Assembly: GCA_963787835.1 (NCBI GenBank)
Contig: CAWBEI010000003.1
Location: forward strand, 320,001 to 384,000
Direction of reading: 5' to 3'
DNA length: 64,000 nucleotides
Source of the DNA: Ignavibacteriota bacterium
GTDB taxonomy: Bacteria > Bacteroidota > Ignavibacteria > Palsa-1295
Numbering within the stretch: the stretch's first letter is position 1; every line of letters starts with the position of its first letter. A model generated the notes under the pieces. That model had not been told where the DNA came from, did not search any database, and saw only the letters and a list, made by a program, of their open reading frames with translations. Below, in pieces: positions 57,632-64,000 of this stretch. The position numbers and the translations under genes were made by a program.

Positions 57632-59983
57632 TTATGCAGTCACTGATTTTACGTCCTCGGGTTCCCGAGAAGGATAGGGAATTCTGGGATGGTGGAGGCC
57701 TGAGAGATGCCGGGCGAACACAGCGCGGATGATCATAAAATCCCGCACCGTAATATCGGATTGATCGAATTGCCCCTGCTCAAAGCGGGTACGAATGAGT
57801 TGCCCGATCGCTTCGTCGATCGCTTCAAACGATGTTTCCTCCCCTTTCCGAGCCAGCGAGCGCGAGATAGCTTCGGATGCATCGGCCAGCATGACAATAA
57901 CGGTCTCTTTTGAATTAGGCAGGGGACCGGTATAGCGAAATTCGTCTTCATTGATGACACTATCGCCTAAAGATTCCGTCACAGCGCGAAGATAAAAAAA
58001 GGAGATCGGCAGGGTCCCGTGATGCATCGGAATAAAGTCGATAATACGCTCCGGTAATCCATTGGCTCGAGCAAGTATCACTCCCTGAGCAACATGTGCC
58101 TTTACCCTCCTTGCGCTTTCTCGGGCGCTCAACATATCGTGAATATTTCCAGATTCCGTTCCCTGATTCTCAACAAAAGTTTGTGGATCCGTGAGTTTGC
58201 CAATGTCATGAAAATAGGCACCGATCTTTGCCAAAAGGGCATTCGCTCCAACTGCAAGCGCTGCATGTTCCGCAAGCTGTGCGACCATCATGGTATGCTG
58301 ATACGTCCCGGGTGCTTGAAGCGCCAATTCTCGAAGCAACGGCAGGTTCACGTTGTCGAATTCGGTCAGGCGTAGATCGCTCGCCGTATCGAAGAGCATC
58401 TCGATCACATAGAGCAACCCAAGCGTAATAACCGGGGATACAAGCGCATTCCCAAGCGCAGAAATCAATTCAGCACCCGCTTCGGCCGGTGGTGTCCCCT
58501 GTTCTAGCGATAATGCGACGATCGCGACCAAATATCCGGCGAAAATATAACCGATGCTGGTAAAAAGCTGTCCCCGGTTCCTGAGATCCCGAACAGTATA
58601 AGCCGCAAAGGCGCCCGCGCAGAGTCCGGCCAACGCAACGGAATAATCATTCCCTCGAATACCGGCAACAAGAAGTGCAGCCGCTACTGTCCCATAAAAT
58701 CCCGTTCTGCTGTCAAACAGAATGGTGAGCAGCATCGAGGCCACCGGGATCAAAATGAAATACTGGAGCGGAAAATCGACAGGGATCGATACTGAAAAGT
58801 ACGCCATCACCGCTGGGAAGAGCAGCACCAGCGCGATCAAAAGGATCTGCGCATTATCATTATAGATCTTTCTACGGATGAACTTGAGATACAGCACGAT
58901 GAGCATTACGATCAGACCCGCATGCCCGATCGTTCCCAGAATCCGCCAGAGTTCGGCAACAGACCCACCCTGTTCCAGCCGTGCTTTTGAAAGGCTTTCC
59001 AGCGAAGATACCATCTGCGGCGTAAGCACTTCGCCCTTTTCCACAATCTTCTGACCTTCGATCACCAGCCCATCGGTTCGAGGAACCCTTTCTATAATGG
59101 CCTGCCGGCTTTCCTCTGTAAGCCCTGCGTCGAAGGTGACGGTAGGAAGCAAAGTCTGAGATAGCAACACCGATAGAGGATGCAACAGCGGGGTATCATG
59201 TTTCAGGCGAGCTTCGAGTTTAGAATAGATCCGGTTCGCAACAGCCTGCACCGTGAGGAGCGAATCCGTGTTCATCAAAGATTCCTCGTTCGGACGAGTG
59301 CGAAGAACAAATGATCGTGATTCACTTGCGGCTTCCTCGGGTTTGCCGGACGTGATCAAACGCATCGATTCCACTTCCGCTATTTGCCGAATAATGAACG
59401 CTTCAACATCGCTCCGGTCGTGCTGATCTCGCTCAAATTGCTTCTGGCTTTCGGATTGAGCCGAAGATACCAAGGACACCCAATCATCTTTTGTCAGACC
59501 GATCGCTTTAGCGGAATCAAGCAGCGATAAGCCGGCCAACGAATCCTCACGAGCACTGGCAAGCATGCTCATAAGATGTTCCCAATCGCGATGAAAATGC
59601 TTTACACTTTCGGACGCGGCATTGGTGTCCGGCACATACACCGGATGGAGTTCCTGAAGCGCCTTGCGGACATCCTGCGTGTAGCGGACTCCCTCTTTAT
59701 AGATCGGGAATGTGAAGGGAGCGGTTACATCACTGTTGGTCCATAGTGAACCGGCAGCATATCCCGATAAGGCGATCGTGTGTGCGCTGGGAAAAAGAAC
59801 TGCGATCGTAAGTGTAAGCCCAATACCTATCGACCATCGGATGGGTTTGGAACGCCTCCATTTCGGACGTGCAAGTGCCACGCGAACGAATCGAATCATC
59901 CGTTTGCGAACATTACCACTTGCCCGAGAGTCCTTCATGCGGCTTCCAACTCTGTACCAATAGAAAAAGGTGTCCCGATCCAT
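57632..59983 (-). CDS. 7TM-HD family phosphohydrolase (PgpH/YqfF-like, putative c-di-AMP phosphodiesterase)
   Basis: Extracellular 7TMR-HDED region, 7 TM helices, APGTYQH, HDIGK, HHGT, FRY.GP.P, MLADASEA. Confidence 0.9.
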   Translation of the reverse strand: MDRDTFFYWYRVGSRMKDSRASGNVRKRMIRFVRVALARPKWRRSKPIRWSIGIGLTLTIAVLFPSAHTIALSGYAAGSLWTNSDVTAPFTFPIYKEGVRYTQDVRKALQELHPVYVPDTNAASESVKHFHRDWEHLMSMLASAREDSLAGLSLLDSAKAIGLTKDDWVSLVSSAQSESQKQFERDQHDRSDVEAFIIRQIAEVESMRLITSGKPEEAASESRSFVLRTRPNEESLMNTDSLLTVQAVANRIYSKLEARLKHDTPLLHPLSVLLSQTLLPTVTFDAGLTEESRQAIIERVPRTDGLVIEGQKIVEKGEVLTPQMVSSLESLSKARLEQGGSVAELWRILGTIGHAGLIVMLIVLYLKFIRRKIYNDNAQILLIALVLLFPAVMAYFSVSIPVDFPLQYFILIPVASMLLTILFDSRTGFYGTVAAALLVAGIRGNDYSVALAGLCAGAFAAYTVRDLRNRGQLFTSIGYIFAGYLVAIVALSLEQGTPPAEAGAELISALGNALVSPVITLGLLYVIEMLFDTASDLRLTEFDNVNLPLLRELALQAPGTYQHTMMVAQLAEHAALAVGANALLAKIGAYFHDIGKLTDPQTFVENQGTESGNIHDMLSARESARRVKAHVAQGVILARANGLPERIIDFIPMHHGTLPISFFYLRAVTESLGDSVINEDEFRYTGPLPNSKETVIVMLADASEAISRSLARKGEETSFEAIDEAIGQLIRTRFEQGQFDQSDITVRDFMIIRAVFARHLSGLHHPRIPYPSREPEDVKSVTA

Positions 59984-60146
59984 AAAGATTTAGCACGGAA
60001 CACCTTAAGATAGCCGTTTCGCCATTTCATCATTCGAATTTCATACTCCGTAATTCTTCTTCCTCTATTCCGGTTAACAGTGCTTTAGAATAAATAGGAC
60101 TATTCCATCGCGGCGGGAAAAGCGGTTCGCTTGATACCGTCTCATT

Positions 60147-62039
60147 TTGCAAATTTCACCTGTGCGTTACCGCTGGCGACTTCCAGACCCGATTTCCACA
60201 GAGATCGCGGAACCAACAATTGAATCGGATGCTCATTTCAACTCCGCGAATGGGACATCTTCGCCTGTGGCCGAACTCGTGCGATCAATCAATGTACCGG
60301 AAAGCATTGCTCGCATTCTTGTTTCAAGGGGAGTCCACACGTTCGATGAAGCTCGTGATTTTTTCAGGCCCTCGCTGGACCACCTGTATGACCCCTTCAT
60401 CATGAATGATATGGCCCGCGCTGTCGAGCGAATCAAGCGCGCTGCTCAAGAGGGCGAGCGAATCACGATCTATGGTGATTACGACGTTGATGGAACAACA
60501 AGCACGGCAATGCTTGCGCTTTTCTTCGAGTCCGTCGGTATTCATGTGGCCTATCACATTCCGGATCGTTTCACAGAAGGCTATGGGCTTTCTGTTGCGG
60601 GACTCGACAGATGCTTCGCATCCCCGGACGGAGCGCCAAGCCTGATTCTGACCATTGACTGTGGCATCACGGCCATCGATGCCGTTGCCTATGCGCGGTC
60701 CCGAGGCGCGGACATCATCATCTGCGACCATCATGAGCCGATCCGGTCCGGCAGTTCATTCCAACTCCCGAATGCGTATGCGATCCTAAACCCGATCAAA
60801 GGTTCGTGCGAATACCCCAATAAGCATTTATGCGGATGCGGAGTCGGATTCAAGCTCATTCAGGCGCTCTCTAAGGAGTTCGATCTCGGCGATCGAGCCT
60901 TTGAATATCTCGATTTTGTTGCTCTGGCAAGTTCGGCAGATATTGTTTCGCTTCAAGGCGAGAACCGAATTCTGACCTCATTCGGCCTGAAGCTTATCAA
61001 CGAACAACCTCGTCCAGGTATTCGCGCGCTCATTCGGGCAGCCCAACAGCATGTGGGAAAAATCGGCACCAGTCAAGTCGTCTTTGGGCTTGCACCCCGT
61101 ATCAATGCAGCAGGTCGGCTGGGTGATGGAGGCCGTGCCGTGAAGCTACTCATGGCAAAGACCGACGACGAAGCTCAACATTATGCGGCCGAACTTGAAT
61201 TTGCAAACTCAAGCCGGCGACGCATCGACGAAGACGCATTTTTCGAGGCATGCCAGTTTGTTGAAGGCCTCCTGCAGCGAAGGGATTCGGAAGCTGCTCC
61301 TCGGGACCGGATCATTGTGCTGCATAATCCCGCATGGCATGCCGGGATCATCGGCATTGTGGCTTCGCGGTTGGTCGATCGGTACCATCTTCCCGTCGTG
61401 CTGCTTACAACGATCGATGGCGTCGCCAAAGGAAGTGCTCGCTCCATTATTGGCTTTGATATCCATTCTGCCATCAAACGCTGCGAGGAGACTGTAATGT
61501 CGTTCGGAGGGCATAAATACGCTGCCGGACTTTCGATTGCGGTAGATCGGGTCGGAGATTTTCGCTCCGCGATCAATGAAGTTGCAAGCGAAATGATCTC
61601 CGATGATATGCTCGAGCCGGAGATCCTCATCGATGCATCGATCAGCCTGAACGAACTGAATCCAAAATTTTTCGCGATCACTCGTCAGTTCCAACCTTAC
61701 GGCCCGGATAATATGCGCCCGGTATTTCACGCAAAAGATGTGGAAGTAGTAGGTGCTCCGAAAACAGTCGGTAAAACAACGCCTCATCTGAAATTTCAAG
61801 TGCGGTCATCCACCATCGCTCGTTTAGATAACGGAGTTGCGATTGCGCCGAACATAACACCGTTCACATTGGGTGGGGCATCTATCGAAGCTATTGGATT
61901 TGGTCTCGGCGAGCGTATTGCCGAACTGAAAAATTCTGACAACAAAGGACGCAAGGATCTCGAATTGGTGTTCTCTCTTGAAGAAAATGAATATAATGGC
62001 CGTATAACACCGCAACTTGTTGTTAAAGATTTTCGATAA
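60147..62039 (+). CDS. recJ: Single-stranded-DNA exonuclease RecJ
   Basis: YGDYDVDG, PDRFTEGYG, DCG, DHH, APRINAAGR, GSARS, GGH.YAAG, QPYGPDN. Confidence 0.97.
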   Translation: MQISPVRYRWRLPDPISTEIAEPTIESDAHFNSANGTSSPVAELVRSINVPESIARILVSRGVHTFDEARDFFRPSLDHLYDPFIMNDMARAVERIKRAAQEGERITIYGDYDVDGTTSTAMLALFFESVGIHVAYHIPDRFTEGYGLSVAGLDRCFASPDGAPSLILTIDCGITAIDAVAYARSRGADIIICDHHEPIRSGSSFQLPNAYAILNPIKGSCEYPNKHLCGCGVGFKLIQALSKEFDLGDRAFEYLDFVALASSADIVSLQGENRILTSFGLKLINEQPRPGIRALIRAAQQHVGKIGTSQVVFGLAPRINAAGRLGDGGRAVKLLMAKTDDEAQHYAAELEFANSSRRRIDEDAFFEACQFVEGLLQRRDSEAAPRDRIIVLHNPAWHAGIIGIVASRLVDRYHLPVVLLTTIDGVAKGSARSIIGFDIHSAIKRCEETVMSFGGHKYAAGLSIAVDRVGDFRSAINEVASEMISDDMLEPEILIDASISLNELNPKFFAITRQFQPYGPDNMRPVFHAKDVEVVGAPKTVGKTTPHLKFQVRSSTIARLDNGVAIAPNITPFTLGGASIEAIGFGLGERIAELKNSDNKGRKDLELVFSLEENEYNGRITPQLVVKDFR

Positions 62040-62072
62040 TACGATCCTTGCTACAAACCTTCCGATCATAAC

Positions 62073-62882
62073 TTGAGCACACGTCGTCGCGCCCGCTCGA
62101 TCATTCCGAGCCTGTTTACCGTGATGAACCTCTTCTCGGGGTTTGTTGCCATCGTTATTGCACTCGACGGTAAACATGGCGATAGCAAGGATTTCATCAT
62201 GGCAGGATGGTTTATTGTGATGGGGGGTGTCTTCGACCTTCTCGATGGCGTAATGGCGCGACTCACGCATACCTCCAGCGAGTTCGGAGTTGAACTCGAT
62301 TCTCTTGCGGACATCGTTACCTTTGGAGTAGCACCAAGCGCTATCCTTTACAAAGCCTTTTTCTTTCAATATCCCGGCACGGGACTGTTACTCGCGGCTC
62401 TGCCGGCCATATGCGGAGCTATTCGTCTTGCCCGCTTCAATGCCCAGCTGGTTGGCTTCGATAAGGACTATTTTAGGGGCTTGCCGATTCCCTCCTCCGC
62501 GATCCTTATTATTTCTTACATCATGTTCCATCACTTAGCGCTTCCTGATGAGCGGCAGCTTGGCGATCCGTGGATGTGGGTGGTTGCCATCGGAGCATCG
62601 TTATTGATGGTCAGCACAGTAAAATATGATGTGGTGCCCAAACCATCGAAGCGTCAGATCGTGGCTCACCCCTACAAATTTGGGATTTATTTTATTGGGC
62701 TGATCCTTGCGATCGCAACACGCGGGAGCGCGATCTTCCCGCTCTTTGTTCTCTTTGTCCTCTACGGGCTGTTCCGTTCGATGTACGAGCGGATTCGGCG
62801 CCTCATTCGGGAACGGCGAGCCACATCACTGCTCGATGAAGAGGCCCTCGATCACGAAGAACAATCGACATTCGGGATATGA
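62073..62882 (+). CDS. pssA: CDP-diacylglycerol--serine O-phosphatidyltransferase
   Basis: IPSLFT, DLLDGVMAR....SEFGVELDSLADIVTFGVAP, RLARFN, FRGLPIP. Confidence 0.93.
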   Translation: MSTRRRARSIIPSLFTVMNLFSGFVAIVIALDGKHGDSKDFIMAGWFIVMGGVFDLLDGVMARLTHTSSEFGVELDSLADIVTFGVAPSAILYKAFFFQYPGTGLLLAALPAICGAIRLARFNAQLVGFDKDYFRGLPIPSSAILIISYIMFHHLALPDERQLGDPWMWVVAIGASLLMVSTVKYDVVPKPSKRQIVAHPYKFGIYFIGLILAIATRGSAIFPLFVLFVLYGLFRSMYERIRRLIRERRATSLLDEEALDHEEQSTFGI

Positions 62883-63092
62883 CCACGATTCACAAGATTA
62901 AAAAGATTAAGAAAGGATGGATTAGGCGGGATGAACGTATTCTTAAATTTTAATCTTGAAAATGCTAACTCCATTTCAATCGAGAATTCCAATAAATCGA
63001 TAGTAATCCATCCTTTCTTAATCCTTTTAATCCTGAAAATCGTGGTTAAATCCATCCTATCTTAATCCTTTTAATCCTGAAAATCGTGGTTA
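62880..63092. repeat. MITE-like element: 45 bp inverted repeats, 79 bp core, tandem duplication of the right arm
   Basis: 62880-62924 matches the reverse complement of 63004-63048 at 40 of 45 nt; 63005-63048 is repeated at 63049-63092 with 1 mismatch. Confidence 0.88.
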
Positions 63093-63346
63093 AATTTCTC
63101 GTCTATATTGCCATCGAACGTAAAGAAGCGATTCTCGATCCTCAGGGAAAAGCGATCGAGCATGCGCTTGGCTCGCTGGGTTTCCGCGAGATCGAGAATA
63201 CTCGGGTGGGAAAGCTAATCCGTTTAACGGTCGATGCGGCAACACCCGAGGCGGCACGCACGCTTGCGGAGCAAGCCAGCGAAAAACTCCTTGCTAATCC
63301 TATTATGGAGACATTTTCTGTTATTGAAGTTAAGCCCGTAGCATGA
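63086..63346 (+). CDS. purS: Phosphoribosylformylglycinamidine synthase subunit PurS
   Basis: [16 protein letters not shown]....RVGK...KLLANPIME. Confidence 0.95.
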   Translation: MVKFLVYIAIERKEAILDPQGKAIEHALGSLGFREIENTRVGKLIRLTVDAATPEAARTLAEQASEKLLANPIMETFSVIEVKPVA

Positions 63347-64000
63347 GAACTCGGATCATCGTTTTTCCCGGATCGAATTGCGACCACGACGCGATGCACG
63401 CTGTAAAAAATGTGCTCGGCGAGCAGGATACGCAATTCGTGTGGCATAAGGAGGATTCGATCGGTAAGGATGTCGATCTCGTGATCTTGCCGGGGGGGTT
63501 TTCCTATGGAGACTATCTCCGCACTGGCGCCATTGCCCGGTTCTCGCCGGTCATGAAAGATGTGATCCGCTATGCGAACGATGGCGGTATGGTGCTCGGC
63601 ATCTGTAATGGATTCCAGGTGCTCTGCGAGAGCGGCTTGCTGCCCGGTGTACTCATTCGCAATGCCGATCTTAAATTCGTGTGCAAGGAAGTTCAGCTCC
63701 GGGTCGAGCAGGGCACGCCGTTTACCGGAAGTATCGAAAAGGGATCGATCCTCCGCATCCCCATCGCTCATGGCGAAGGGAATTATATCGCCGACGATGA
63801 AGTGATAGCCGATCTTGAAGCAAATGGGCAGGTCGTATTCCGATACGTGGACGATGCCGGGAACGCGACCCCCGAAGCTAACCCGAATGGCTCCATCAAT
63901 AATATTGCCGGCATCATCAACAAAGAACAAAATGTGATGGGACTCATGCCGCATCCCGAGCGAGCTTGCGAGGCGATGCTTGGCAGTGCGGATGGACTAA
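63343..64000 (+). CDS. purQ: Phosphoribosylformylglycinamidine synthase subunit PurQ (partial, runs off the window end)
   Basis: ATG at 63343; [47 protein letters not shown]; absent from the ORF track because it has no stop in the window. Confidence 0.96.
   Translation, partial: MRTRIIVFPGSNCDHDAMHAVKNVLGEQDTQFVWHKEDSIGKDVDLVILPGGFSYGDYLRTGAIARFSPVMKDVIRYANDGGMVLGICNGFQVLCESGLLPGVLIRNADLKFVCKEVQLRVEQGTPFTGSIEKGSILRIPIAHGEGNYIADDEVIADLEANGQVVFRYVDDAGNATPEANPNGSINNIAGIINKEQNVMGLMPHPERACEAMLGSADGL

Noticed and set aside
62880-63092. Possible CRISPR array
   Set aside because: Only two abutting direct copies with no unique spacers, plus an inverted copy; no cas genes.
63142-63954. 270 aa minus-strand ORF
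   Set aside because: Antisense shadow of purS/purQ, which are clearly the real genes.

Overview
This 64 kb window is mostly core chromosome from an FCB-group bacterium. Type IX secretion (T9SS) C-terminal sorting domains, porX/porQ and Bacteroidota-style TAnnTTTG promoters point to a Kapabacteria/Ignavibacteria/Bacteroidota-like lineage; this is inference, as no rRNA is present. Housekeeping genes include ffh, the SRP RNA, purB, purS/purQ, hutU, argS, rsfS, arfB, rsmI, msrB, queD, folE, recO, recJ, ssb, xerD, pssA and pfkA. The window also holds a small cytoplasmic sugar-catabolism cluster, five T9SS-type secreted proteins, two toxin-antitoxin pairs and three families of non-coding palindromic repeats. 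No CRISPR array, tRNA, rRNA or transposase was seen. The most notable observations are: (1) a ~530 bp integrase-free RelE/antitoxin cassette flanked by two copies of the purB 3' end that differ only at synonymous sites; (2) a candidate ~130 nt structured sRNA with its own promoter, phased palindromic operator and terminator directly downstream of an orphan NarL/UvrY-type regulator; (3) an rsfS that appears to start at a non-canonical ATC and has basic tails at both ends; (4) a MITE-like inverted repeat whose ends contain the pssA stop and the purS start; (5) a protein made of two tandem TCF25/ST7-like TPR modules. Three genes (clcA, pfkA and one T9SS protein) carry single-base lesions that may be assembly errors. 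All product calls come from motif recognition by eye; no database searches were run.
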